64,000 bases of DNA, taken from Kondoa subrosea. Taxonomy: Eukaryota. Below are positions 14,507 to 26,825 of this stretch, one piece after another (positions within the stretch are counted from its first letter, which is position 1; every line of letters starts with the position of its first letter). Both the position numbers and the translations under genes were made by a program. The stretch covers positions 1,596,604 through 1,660,603 of the forward strand of contig BCIN01000001.1 of assembly GCA_039545335.1 (NCBI GenBank), written 5' to 3'. The notes beneath the pieces were generated by a model. It had not been told where the DNA came from and ran no database searches. It saw only the letters and a program-made list of their open reading frames with translations.

Positions 14507-17208
14507 TCAGCGTCCGTTGACTGTATCTCCCGTCTTGACCTCCTCCAACAATCTAGTAAGCAAAGCTTGTATCGAATCACAAGTCTTTTGTACATTCTCT
14601 ACCCTATTCGCTAAATCACTGTTGCTAGCTGAAGTATTAGTCACCACTGTTTTAAGTTCCGCCGCTTCAGTTTCATTGAACGCTAAAGAAGGTAAGAAAT
14701 GTTGAAGAGCGTTGACGAAACCTGATCTGGTTACTGATTTGACCGGTGTGAGGGGTGATTTGGCAGAAGGAGTGGGAGGTGAGCGACCAGTTTCATTGAC
14801 GTGCAGTTCAAAGAATCTTTCAGCCAGCGATTCGGTGCGAGAGGAAGTCATTCGAGAGATCTGATCCGGTAGTCGGATCGCGTCGGCATAGTGATTTGAA
14901 GATTGCATCCGTGCATGAGCTGCTAGTAGAAGGAGGATTGGGAAGCTTGTAAGTTTGACAAAGAAGACGTGTACTTTGTGCAGGCTCCGGAATGCTCAGA
15001 GCTGTAACAAAGGCAATAAGAAATGAACTTACTATCGCGGCGTAAGAATAAATCTTAGAGGGAAGACACTATGCAGATACATCAGTTGCTACTCATCTGA
15101 ATGTTGCTTCGGAACCTACAAGATCAGCGCCAGCACGTTTGCAGGAGGTATATATTCTGTTCGAACGTTCAGCTTTTTTACAGCACGGCAAGACCAGACT
15201 ACTCACCTAATAAGGCATCAGCTTTGAGCCGCTCGAAGGTCTTGACGGCTTTCTCGAAAAGATACTCCTGAGTAGCGCCCCTCTGAACCTTAGCGAAAGT
15301 GTCACTCAAAATCGCAATCAAGATGGTGATTAGCAGGATATTGGTGTAGCTTGCAAAGAGAGTCATAATAACCGCTAGCCAGACTAGTGAACCTTGGTGT
15401 GAAGCAGTAACGACAGTTGACTTACGTCCGAAAACTGGGTGATACTCTTCGGCGACCTCGAAACCTAAGAACGAAGAACCAAACCAGATTCTAAGCAGCA
15501 GCCAAGATATATGGCCAATGGTGTGTTTCTTGTCGCTGAGAATCCACAAGGCGAAGAGAAAGCCCTGCGAAATACAGCTCATTTCCCATTTTTTGATATG
15601 AAGAAGACAGACGTACAGAGCAGCTGACGCCCGCAACGAACATGAAATAAACAAACTGAGTCATCAAGCTTTGCAATCCCATAAATACGATATTGCTACT
15701 GATCAACGATCCGGCCAGACGCTACAGCTCGATATCAGCAAGTTATACGTATCCCAAAAAGAGACCACAGAAGACCTACAGGTAACAGAATCGTAGCAGA
15801 GGCTGCGAGAAGCTTGAAAGCCAAAAGGGACAGGTCATCTCGATGATGTACGATTCCGATCAGACGCAAAACGCTGGCCAGTGCGTCAGCAACAGTAATT
15901 ACTGTTGCAGACACAGCTTACAGGTAGCCCATGAAGATCAACAAATACATAACGTCCACATCTACACGAAGGTCAGTCCAATCCTTGGTAATCTCGGGTT
16001 TCGGCTAACAGTTCCATGCTGAATTAAAGTATGTATCACTGAATAGCAGAAACATCAGCGCAGACTGATGTGAGTAGCCGAAATAGCGCACTTGAAGAAT
16101 TGGCAAGCTTCGTCGATGATAAAGCCTAAAGTCCAACAAGAGAAGGCGATTTCCCATCCAGTCACGGCCAGCGTATTTTGGGCTGGACAATCGATATCAG
16201 CTGATGTCACACCAATATAGAGCACACCTACTGGAAAGGAAAGTCATAAACAGTACGAGCATAATGCAGCTGCCCAAATAGTTTCAGCAAGAGTCGAGCT
16301 GCTGGAACAATGACTAACAAATTGATTGATTCCAGTGCTACACGAATTCTTGGTACTCTCAATCGATAGTGGTCGAAGATGGGACTTGCATGGGCATCGT
16401 AGCGTTGAGCAGTTCTGAGCTTGTAATTATCTTCAATAAAGCTGATACGTGCCGCTGGCAGGTAGGTGATGTCACCCTGTATGATCAGATGCGTCAGTTC
16501 ATATGCTCTTAAGCTACCACACTAGTATTCACCTCATAGATAAGATTTATCAAGGCCTGGATGATAGGAGCAGCAATAAACGCTTTCGCTTCGCATTGGA
16601 TAGCCAGTTCTAAAGCATTGCTTGCAGCTTTCCAGCCGTCTTCTTGTAGCCTGGAACCACCATGTATTAGCTTGAGAAAGATGAAACATTAAGCAAAGAC
16701 ACACTCATGCCATGAGTAGTCTGATACATTGTCCTGCAGCATATCTCGCTCTGATCCAGTCATAGCATTGTACTGAGTAGTCAAGACGTTGGCTAGATCC
16801 ATTGAGAAGCTCGGGAGTTGGTACTCTGCTTGACAATCAATATGCGAGTTGCACCAAGTAGACAAAGGACGAACGAGAGGCAAGCCGTATACATAGTAGC
16901 TCGCATACATCCGCTCTCGTGACTTGCAACAGCGAAGTAGCGACGTCGCCCTCTGCGTCGCGAAGGAAAGCAACTCGATTGAAAAGAAGGCAGAAGAAAA
17001 GAGCTGGAGAGCTTTGACGGAAGATATTGTCTTTCAGCGGTCTGAGGACAGTCAGGTCGAAGCTGACTCCTCTGAGCTCGTTGATTTCATAGACTTCGGT
17101 GACATAATGTGAGACAGAGCTGCGGATGTGATGAATCAACTGGAAGCACGGCTCTTGTGTAGTTGAGAGAGCTGAGGACGCGGCAGCTGAAGTTTTGGAG
17201 TTGGCCAT
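14507..17208 (-). CDS. Fungal TRP-like (Yvc1-related) non-selective cation channel
   Basis: N-terminal LRPL..FCLLFNRVAFLRDA..TRADVCELL; ALELAIQCEAKAFI; RLRVPRIR; pore/S6 region IWFGSSFLGFEVAEEYHPVFG..YTNILLITILIAILSDTFAKV..QEYLF; coiled-coil tail. Confidence 0.85.
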
Positions 17209-17402
17209 TGATATGATATGATATGATATGGTAACGGAGCAAACCAGTAAAACACCGGCACCGTATAACAATCTATTGCAAGCAAAAAAGATACGCGAAC
17301 AAAGCGGGGGTCTTCCAGCAGCGACGAGAGGCAGGAGCTTGTGAGTCCCAGGATTGCTGTATGACACCTATTGAATTCAAATGGATCATCAGGAAAGCCT
17401 CA

Positions 17403-19457
17403 ATGTCAAGGCTGCAAGCTACACAGCAACATGCACATAAACGAAGTTGGAGCAATTCAACGCGCATCTATATACCTGGCACTGCTACGAACGAGACTCT
17501 GACTGCACCTGGTCTGCGGCGGAATTATGGCAAGCCTTATCCAGGCAAAGCTTCCATCTCGAACATACCAAGTTTCTTGAGAAGTCGAATAAGGCAGCTT
17601 CTTGTGCCTCTTCTGCTCTTGCTTCTCTTCATTGTGTATCGGAGTGTTGGATCAAGCGATTCAAGTACAAGTATATGGCCAGCAGGCTCGCAAGAAGATC
17701 CGACAACTCGAGGTGTATACAAGGTGGACAGAGACGCTTTGGCGAAGCTGAAGAAGCTAGAAAAGTATTGGGCAAATCAAGATGAAGCGGCTGCAAGTTC
17801 GAGGCGGATAGCAGCAGGAGAAGAGCATATACCATTACCCAGGGAAGAAGTTGTTGATCCAGATGAAGAGCGATACCTCAATCTACAAGAAGTTGGCACG
17901 CCTGGACGCGTACCTCTCGTAGATCATATACCAGAACCAGTCAAAACTACCAAAGCTGCAGCTTCAATTTCAGGACCTGCAAATCCAACACTTCCCGTTT
18001 CAGCAGCGGAGCTGGACGAGCAGTTCTGTCCTGGTCAAGAAGGTGGATGCAAATTCATCATGCCAGCATTCATTGGCGAGCAAGAAACTAAAGCGCAACA
18101 ACATCTATATCAACTTGGTCTTTTAGCAGCATCACTCAACAGAACGATAGTCTTGCCGAACGTCATCAGATCTCGATTAGGCTCATGCTACGCCAATCCT
18201 TTCTCCTTCTACTACTCACCGACTTCGCTTGATGAACTCGGAATGCCTTCCATAACGCAAACGCAGCTCCTTAGCTGGGCAGCACAGCGAGATCCACCAC
18301 CGACGGCTCAAATCATAGCCATGGGTCAACCTAAGCCAGATTATCCCACAGGAGCAATCGAAATAGATTCAACTTCAGATCCTTCGCTAGTTCCAGGTCG
18401 AATTGAGCGGAAGTTATGCCTTACACCCCCAAAATCCTGGCTCAACTTTACAAATTTTTCTCCCCTGGCCGTCTTTCCTGGTGCTGGATGGCACAAAACC
18501 GAAGCTTCTCGCATGACTTTCGGCGAAGGCGTTATTAACACCCTACGAAGTCCTGAAGTCGCTCTCAAATCCTCACGACTCCTTACCAAGAAGGAGCAAA
18601 CAGACTCTTCTCTTTCTGTCGTACCTCCAGACGTCTTGGTCGTCAACTTCGAGCTTCGATTTCCTATATTAAGCCTCGAAACCTTACATCAAATGAGTTT
18701 GGAAGAGAATAACGCTTACCTCTCCTCTACATCTCAAATTCAACCTTTCGCCCATTTCCCTTATTCACCTACTTGGACTCAACTTGCTGCTTCCCTCGTT
18801 TCCGATCTCCAACCTTTTATTGCAATTCATTGGCGACAAGAAACTCTACCTACAGAAAACTTGGCTCCTTGCACTGATGCTTTGCTAGAAGTATTGAAAA
18901 ATCTAGCAGCTGAATACCCACGGCTGAAGACCGTTTATCTCGCGACCGATTACCCGATAGAAGATCTTGAAGCTGGTCATGAAGGCTTAGTAGCTCATTC
19001 TGGTACTTTTGCCAGGCTGATCACGGAAGATCACCATCGAGCTATGAGATCTTTGCTGGGAGCATTCAGAACAGATCAAGTCGGTGGATTGAAATTAACT
19101 ACTTATGAGCGAGAACAAAAGAGTGGGAAGTTGGTTTTACCTGAAGGAGCAGAAGAAGGGACTCACGTGGATTTGGCTCAATTGGATTCTGGTTTACTAG
19201 GAATTCTGGACAAGAGCGTTGCTATGCAAGCAGAAGTCTTCGTCACTGGCTCAAGTGGGATTTGTGGAAAAGAAAGCAGTTTCACAAGACAAATTATTGC
19301 GGAAAGGCAAGCGAGGATGGAGCTGGCTTTAGCTGAAGGGGGAATCGATCAACAAGGTGAATCGAAGGAAGGCATGATATGGAAAGATGTACAGCACTTC
19401 ACATTACCGGAACAGGAGGCTCTTTTGGATCCTGACGATGTAGTGGTAGAGCGATAG
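17403..19457 (+). CDS. Type II membrane glycosyltransferase, O-fucosyltransferase-like (GT-B fold); intronless
   Basis: Single open frame. TM LLVPLLLLLLFIVY; motifs GEQETKAQQHL, LNRTIVLPNV, FIAIHWRQE, YLATDYP, GILDKSVAMQAEVFVTG..SSF. An in-frame ATG also exists at 17361. Confidence 0.75.
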   Translation: MSRLQATQQHAHKRSWSNSTRIYIPGTATNETLTAPGLRRNYGKPYPGKASISNIPSFLRSRIRQLLVPLLLLLLFIVYRSVGSSDSSTSIWPAGSQEDPTTRGVYKVDRDALAKLKKLEKYWANQDEAAASSRRIAAGEEHIPLPREEVVDPDEERYLNLQEVGTPGRVPLVDHIPEPVKTTKAAASISGPANPTLPVSAAELDEQFCPGQEGGCKFIMPAFIGEQETKAQQHLYQLGLLAASLNRTIVLPNVIRSRLGSCYANPFSFYYSPTSLDELGMPSITQTQLLSWAAQRDPPPTAQIIAMGQPKPDYPTGAIEIDSTSDPSLVPGRIERKLCLTPPKSWLNFTNFSPLAVFPGAGWHKTEASRMTFGEGVINTLRSPEVALKSSRLLTKKEQTDSSLSVVPPDVLVVNFELRFPILSLETLHQMSLEENNAYLSSTSQIQPFAHFPYSPTWTQLAASLVSDLQPFIAIHWRQETLPTENLAPCTDALLEVLKNLAAEYPRLKTVYLATDYPIEDLEAGHEGLVAHSGTFARLITEDHHRAMRSLLGAFRTDQVGGLKLTTYEREQKSGKLVLPEGAEEGTHVDLAQLDSGLLGILDKSVAMQAEVFVTGSSGICGKESSFTRQIIAERQARMELALAEGGIDQQGESKEGMIWKDVQHFTLPEQEALLDPDDVVVER

Positions 19458-19721
19458 TGCGAGGAGATGTATATATTATGAAGCACCGATGACTTCGCGA
19501 GTTACCACTCCCATTACTTTGATCTCGGTCAACGACGTTCATGGACACAGCGAGTTCGCGCCCTGCAATCTGTACACGAGCAAGACATCTGCTTCATGAG
19601 CAACATGGTCTGACCTTCACGCAATTGAGAGAGTGTCTTCCCAAGTCTTCTGCTGAATGATGTGTCTACTGTTTTGCTTGTTAATCTTTCTGCTCTTTTT
19701 CATCATCTGTGTCGTCCAATA

Positions 19722-21865
19722 ATGCCTTCGTATCAGGCTGCTGAGCGGCTTCGGTGCTCGTACACGCCATTTGGAAGGCTTATTCCTACGTTCGCAACAA
19801 GTTCGAGAAAACAAAAGCGCTGTGCACGGTCTGGGATAGTTTGTCATGCAATATGTGCGACTCTGCTGCTGCTTTGTTTGCTCCCGCTCTGTCAAGCACG
19901 GCCTCGAGCTGTCATGGATCCGTTTGAGCCTCCAGGCACAAGGTTTGACATTGCTATCGAAGCAAATCAATCGCAGGCCTCATGTCAGTACTAGGTTACC
20001 GGAAGAGTTGGAACTCGATCGTAGATGGATAGGCTGGGCAACACGCACATTAAGTCGAAGCTTACCTACCTTGTTGGCAAGACAGGCTGATTTAGGCTAT
20101 CAGACTACGACCACGTAAGATCTTCGCCCAGCATCGGGAGTAGCTGCTCATTATTTCCGATAGACTATACATCACAGGACCAGGACCAGGGTATGTCTTG
20201 ATTTAGCTGCATCTGCCTTATACTAAACAAACTTGCAGAACAACTACAGTAGGAGTCACGGAACCGCCGCCTCCGGTGGTCACAGTCACCGAAACGTATC
20301 AAACATCGCCAGGAGAATTGACGCAAACGGTCACCGTCTATCCACCTACCTACACGCCGCCAGCTCAAACTCAGACAACTGTAACGGTAACGCTGTTTCC
20401 TTCTGGAGTAAATCCTTCCACTATCACGACAAGTACACGTCCGAGAAGTAGTACGACTACTCGACAACCTGCTCAGACACCTGGTCCCGAAGGATTGGTT
20501 GTGCATAATGTTTGCGAAGAGGGAGATGCTGGCTATAAGGTTCCTGGTCGAGGGCAATTGAAGCCGACAGAGCCTGCACAAGTGACGCTCTATGTTATCG
20601 GTGAGTTATTGGTATTGTACTACCAGGAACAAAGCTGATGTTTTATCAGCCATTTACTTTGTCGCTGGCTTTATCGCCTGGAATCTAGTGCTCGTTCGAC
20701 AGCTCATCTATCCAGTGAAGCTTTGCGTCGTCGCGTGGCATGAGTGAGTCTCTCTTATTGAACTATTTGCATACTATTGAGCTGCTTCAGATTTGGTCAT
20801 TTAGCAGCAATTGTATTGGCCGGAAGACATGTAGAAGCTGTATCTATTGATCCAAACGAGGGCGGATTGGGTGAGTTCCCTTCGATACCTTTGGACCACT
20901 ATTTCACTTAATCTCTTGAATAGTTACGCCAACGGGAGGAGTTACTGCATACCCCTTAGCGGCATTGCCTTGGGGCTATCTTGGCAGCATAATGATCGGA
21001 GGAGCTCTCAGTAAGGTCTTGCTCCACGTAATGCGGAACAATGCTGATTGTTTGGACAGCTTTCACCGCATTTAATACAACTGCTAGCAAAGTGTCTGGC
21101 TTCTTCATTGGTATCTCGTTAGCATGCGTCTGGGTCTTCTCCTCCGGCTTCATAACGAAATTGCTGGTAACGCTCGCGATTGGTCTTCTGATAGGTCTCT
21201 ACTTTATAGAGTGAGTTCCTCTGGCTTCATTTGCGCAGCCATACCTCTGAATAGGTCTCTGTAGCCATGCGAGCGCTTTGAGGTTCTACATCCTGTTCTA
21301 TGGCGTGCTGTCGAGCTTCTATGTAATTTATGATACCAGTAAGTTACTCCCCTCCGCTGCCGCGTCAGTACTGATGATCGATTACAGCTGATGGTGAGTG
21401 CTATATGATGTGAACTGATGCTTGGATATAACTCATGTGATACAGATTATCTCTTCAAGAAGCCGAACCCTTCTTGCTCGGCTCTCTTTCATCGAATTTC
21501 GCCTCGAGTGTCTGCTTCGAGTAGGTTTGCCGCCTTTCTTCAACTGAATCTGATATTCTTGATTGTAGCATTCGCTCTGATATGGTTGTTGGCATCGTGA
21601 GCTTCTGCGTATTGAACAATTTTACTCACCGCTCATCTCGAGAAACAGGGTAATAATCTTCATAGGCTGGGTCTTGGCCGCAATAGCAACATGGAGGCAA
21701 TCTGGTCATGCGTATGTCTTACTGGCGTATCTTACTGCAATATGGCTGAACTTATTCATTGGTCAGCATGTATTGTCAATCGTAAGTCGCCTCTGAGTGC
21801 TGCGGTAGTATCACCAACGTCTTTTCACTAATGCTTCTCACAGTCAAAACTTCCTGGGAACCTGA
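19722..21865 (+). CDS. Peptidase M50B-like membrane zinc metalloprotease with Thr/Pro-rich N-terminal extension
   Basis: Spliced LIYPVKLCVVAW-HEFGH (HExxH), SIDPNEGG, several hydrophobic helices, LRFYILFYGVLSSFYVIYD; many small exons. Start codon uncertain. Confidence 0.8.
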
Positions 21866-22293
21866 TTGAAGCATGAGCAATGTTTCAGCTTCATTACGTA
21901 ATTTTCTTGGGCAATAATTATAGGACACACAGATAGCCTTGTATAGCTACGTTAGATCACGAATATTGTCACTATTGGCTTGCCACGCCTGTTGTACCAG
22001 ACTTTGCTCAACACGGAGGTCCGCTGTATTGTACATTTTGGACTTTTGCTGAAATGCCTGCGCTTGACCTGCAACGACCTTGATTGGCTATACAACTAAC
22101 AGACCTATTACTTCCCCTGCCTGGACTTCTCTCTTGTCTCTTTCAGCCCCTGACTCTTTGGCCTTTAGTGAGAACCGAGCGTCTTCACACTACTAGCTGT
22201 CGCTATGAGGCCTCTTGTCTCCTTTTTTTCCTGTCCCTCTCTTCTGCTTACTACCATATAATACTGCTGTTGATCAGCCAATAATATACCCTC

Positions 22294-23596
22294 ATGTCGG
22301 ACTCCCTTCGTTGTCGTTTGTTTCCAGACCTGCCTGGTTGCAGTGAAAGTACTGTAAGTCTGCCCTCCTCGCGATAGGACTGTGCTGAAATCATCTTATA
22401 GACTGGCGCTGGTCGTCCTGGTGACCCGGACCCAACAGAAGCTGAAGAAACCACTCGCGCACCTAGACCTACACCGACTGATATTGGAGACGAACCAACC
22501 GCTCGCCCTACTTTCGGTGGCATCGCAACTACTTTATCGGATACCAGTATTCCTACTCGAATGATCACATCTCGAAGATCTTCTTCTGCAACACCTTCTC
22601 GATCCGGTCAAGTCATTTCTTCAGCCTCGCCTGGTGTCAAAGACGAAAGTGGCAATACTGGTCTAATTGCTGGCGTCAGTGTGGCGATTATCATGCTCTT
22701 GCTTCTAGCTGGTTTCATGTTCTTCCTGTGGAAGAAGAAGAAAGCAGCCAAAAGACACGATGCCTTGAACAAGGATTACGGATCTAGAGAAGATATCCTT
22801 CGATGTGGTCGCTTAGAACCTTATGAAGTGGATCAGGCAGCCGAAATGAAAGAAAACTTCGCTTTCCCCGCTCCTGCTCCTTTAGGTGCAAACCCTCATC
22901 GTCGTACTTTTTCCGGTGCTGAAATCCCACTTCCTATCCCTGTTCCTGCTTCTCTTCAACCAGGTAAACCAAAAGACAAGAGTTTACCTCGAACTCCATC
23001 TTTCAGAAAAGTCGTTGGTGTCGTTCGTCAACATTTACCTCAACGAAAGGAATCTTCCAGACATCCCACTCGCCCTGAAATGCCAAGACAGTCAACTGAT
23101 GTCACTTATGGTTTCGTCAATGGTATGCTCGATGCTGATGGGAAAGGGCTCCAAGAAGAAGGACCTCTTACTGCTAAAAATATGAAAGCTCAGGAGAAGA
23201 GGGATCAAGCAGCTGCTAAAGCGAAAGCGAAAGAAGATGAAATGATAGCTAAAGAAGCAGCTAAGACCAAAGCTAGAGAGGATGAATTGATTGCTAAAGA
23301 GGCAGCAAAGGCTAAAGCGAAGCAGGAAGAATCGGAGAAGCGCAAGTCTAAATTAGCAGCAAAGGAAGCAGGTCCTCCTCCTCCAGAGAAAGCAGAAGGT
23401 TCAACAGCGAAGTTGGATAAGGGTAAAGGCAAGGAGGTGGAACCGATCGATGTGCCGCAACCTATAGACATTACGCCTAAGAAAGCGCCGAATCAATTAG
23501 TCGGTAAGTCTTTTCCTTTTGCTTGACGAGTAAAGAAGGATCTGATCGCCTTTCGTGCCCTTTATAGGCTGGAATCTGGGTTGGAAGGGAAAGTAA
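22294..23596 (+). CDS. Single-pass membrane protein with Ser/Thr/Pro-rich N-terminus and Lys/Glu/Ala-rich tail
   Basis: MSDSLRCRLFPDLPGCSEST|TGAGRPG..., TM GLIAGVSVAIIMLLLLAGFMFFLW followed by KKKK; 15-aa repeats AKAKAKEDEMIAKEA / AKTKAREDELIAKEA. Confidence 0.7.
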
Positions 23597-23895
23597 AGCT
23601 TGATGCTTGTTTGCAATTTGTGTGCTGGACGTTGAACTCTCATATACACACTCGTTTGATCACTGTAGTACTGTTGTAATAGTACTGATATTGTTACACA
23701 TTCCTCGGCGGGATATTTTGCCTCCGTTTCCGCGCGTCATTGAATTTATTTGATCAGCTCCTTCGAATGCAACGAGCTTTATTGCCTAGCTACGGTCTGT
23801 TGCGCACACAGTTCACTAGATCTATTTACACTAGTCCTGTTAGCCCTTTCCTGAGCTTCTTCGATCCACAGCTGATCTCGGAATTGCAGATCAGA

Positions 23896-25401
23896 ATGTC
23901 CTCACAAGATTTGCAACAGAAAGTGAAGCCAGAACAGCAGAAGGACCTACACCTGCTGACCATGAAGTAAGCGCTGTGTATGTGCTATGTGGAATCAAGC
24001 TGATCTCTTCACAGCACTCCAAATGGGTTCGCTTACCAATTCTCCGCTTTATCAGGCCAAGTCTGACGCAATCTGCACGATGACAGTAAGAAGGCTCAGA
24101 TCGGTCTAGAAGAGTGCAAAGCTCTCTATGGAACCGATTTCTCTTACGAAGGTCCGCCAATGATTCGGGCTTCCCATGATGGAATGTAACTCAATCATTG
24201 TGCGGACAGTCATTGACATTCGCAAGAACGCTCAAAAGGAAGATTGGTTCCTCAAATCCAACCCCAACGGAAGAGTAAGCTATTCGCTCACATATAAAAC
24301 TTGCGCTAGCTGACAGTAAGATGCTAGATTCCAGTCTTAATCGACAACAAGGTTGACAATGGTTCTACTGAACCTTTTGCTGTCATGGAAACTGCCGCTA
24401 TCTTGCTTTACCTCGCTAAAAGAGTTGACAAGAATGACACTTTCGGTTTTAAGGTGCTTTTTCTTTTCTTTCGACACCATATCTGCAGGCTGAGACAGAT
24501 ACATAGGACGATCTTGAGAGAAACAGCTGCATTCAGTGGATGATGTGTGAGTGATGGTCAGCTTATTTTGCTACGGTCCGCTGAAACAGACGATTCAGGG
24601 CAAATGGGTGGTCAAGGTATGCTTTTCATCGCTTCGGATTGACCTTACTGAACCGTGACGTACATAGGTCCAATGCAAGTACGTTTTAAAGCTGAACTTT
24701 AGCCTTTCTTAAGCTGAGCGGAGCGGACTTACAGGGTCAACTCAAGTTTGTTTCAGGTTTTCGCATCTTGCAGCATTGCGCTGATGCGATTCTGACAGTC
24801 ACTTCGGCAAGTTTGCGCCAGAAAAGATCGTAAGCGAATCCTTGTTCACCTCCGTCGTCTGCCATGTCTCATCTTCTTCGTGACAATAGCCCTACGCTAT
24901 CAGTGAGACGGCCTTGTTGGTCCTTATTCGAACCACGGCTGATTTAAAGCAGAGCGCTACCACGACGAGACTTTGCGTCTGATTGATGTCCTCGAAAGTG
25001 CGTGTGATCGTATTGCTGCGACTTCGGTCGCTTAGCAATGTGTTACACTGCACAGTCCAACTATCTGGAAAATACACTGGTGTCAAGCGTGAATACCTCG
25101 TTGGCAGTGACAACGGCGGCAAGGGCAAATAGTCAGTTTGATTTCCGCTCGAGGTGTATCTCGGCTGACAAAGATGCTCAGTTCTTGGGCCGACATCTGC
25201 TGCTTTCCCTGGGCACTAGCCTCGGAAGGCAGCGGTATTGAAAAGGAAGAATTGGACAAACGTCCAAACTTCCAAGCTTGGCTCAAGCGAATTAACGAAA
25301 GACGTGAGTGCTTTCTCATCGATGCAACTGAAGCTGATGAAGTGAATATAGCTGCTGTTCAAACTGGCTGCGGTGATAAGTATGCTTTGCCCGACAACTA
25401 A
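23896..25401 (+). CDS. Glutathione S-transferase, Ure2p/Nu-like class (about 15 exons)
   Basis: Spliced NTPNGKKAQIGLEE, QKEDWFLKSNPNGRIPVLID, METAAILLYLA, QWMMWQMGGQGPMQGQLNHF, PYAIKRY..ETLRL, YSWADICCFPW. Confidence 0.93.
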
Positions 25402-25550
25402 AAGAGCAAGACTAGAAGAGCAGGAGAACAGTAAATGTCAAAATTATGCTAAAAAATTGAAATGAATGCTAAATGCAAATGATGCGCTGTGATATGCTTA
25501 TGCGTCCCTTCCTATGTGTATATATCTGTCCCTATTCTCTTCTGTTTTCT

Positions 25551-26621
25551 CTATTTCTTGTGAGATTCCGCTAATGTCTCTGCGCATTTCCTAGCAGCGT
25601 TCTCTATCTGCAAGTCAATCAGACTAGTATCAGATCGAGCTGTAGGATATACTCACATGCATAAAGCGCAAAAAGTTGATTCCTTCTGCTTTCAAGGCTT
25701 CTAGCAGCATTGCTTGATATCTCTCGTTGCCAATAACAGATCCACCAGCTACCAGCACCATATCCTTCACTTGTATCATCTTATACGAACAGAGTAGATC
25801 TTCAATCGTTTCAGCCAGAGCAACGGCAGAGTCTTGTAAAATGGTTCTAGCTACTGAGTCGGAATTTGAGTATTGGAAGACTAGAGGGCAAACGGCTGCG
25901 ATTCTCGAGTATACAGAGCCATCAGAGGATTGTTGAAGAACGTTACTGATGAGGGAGGAAGGGTTTTGAGAAGCGTTGAAGTGTTGAAGGATAGCAGAAT
26001 GAAAAGCTGAAAGTCCATCGACAGATTTGTTGAGCAGTCGATCCAACGCTTTCAATACTGATCTTATAGCTAGTCTTCCTATGGCATAGCCTCCACCGTC
26101 ATCGCCTAGTAGGGAACCGTATCCGCCTGCAGATGAAACTCGTTCGGGTAGATTTCCTTCATTTCGGACAAAGAGAGAGACTGCAATTCCAGTACCGCAA
26201 ATGAGACAGACTGCAGCTTGGGCATCTTGGTGCTGAAGAAGAGCGAAGGAGAGCAGATCGCCGTCTCGGCAAAGATGAAGCGAAGTGGAAGGAAAAGAAG
26301 AAGAAAAGCGCTGCTGCAGGTCTTGTAGATTCCCAGCGGAAGCTCCTTCGAGACCAGAGATTCCTATCACGACTTGAGTCCATTCGATTTCACCGAGTTC
26401 AGCTTGAGCGACGGTTTGCAAGATGTTCTCGTTCAATTTAGTAGCACCGACAGCTACGCTTGAAGACTATCAGTATTGAGCAAGAGCCAAAGCAAAGCAA
26501 GCACTGACAAATTGCATGGCGCGGAGTTTTGATGATAGCCTATTATTCCCTTTTCATTGGCTATTGCTGCTCTACAGCTTGATCCACCTGCATCCACGCA
26601 TAAGGACAGTTTCCTGCTCAT
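25551..26621 (-). CDS. BadF/BadG/BcrA/BcrD-type sugar kinase (N-acetylglucosamine kinase-like)
   Basis: LCVDAGGSSCRAAI phosphate loop, GISG, LICGTG, GGYGSLLGDDGGGYAIGRLAI, SRIAAVCPLVF, VLVAGGSV. Confidence 0.85.
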
Positions 26622-26825
26622 TCTTGCTACACAAATGGTCGTGAATCGAGTTCGAAAGTTCTGTCAACAAATCACGAGGATTGTGCCAATACCCGTTCTG
26701 TTCTTACCTATGATGAAACGCTTCGATTGATGTGATTGCTCTATGCAATTTATCGCCGATGCTTTTCGTCATCTTATCATCCTCTTGAGCTGCGCTCGTT
26801 CAATCCCTCTTTTCCCGATTCAATC

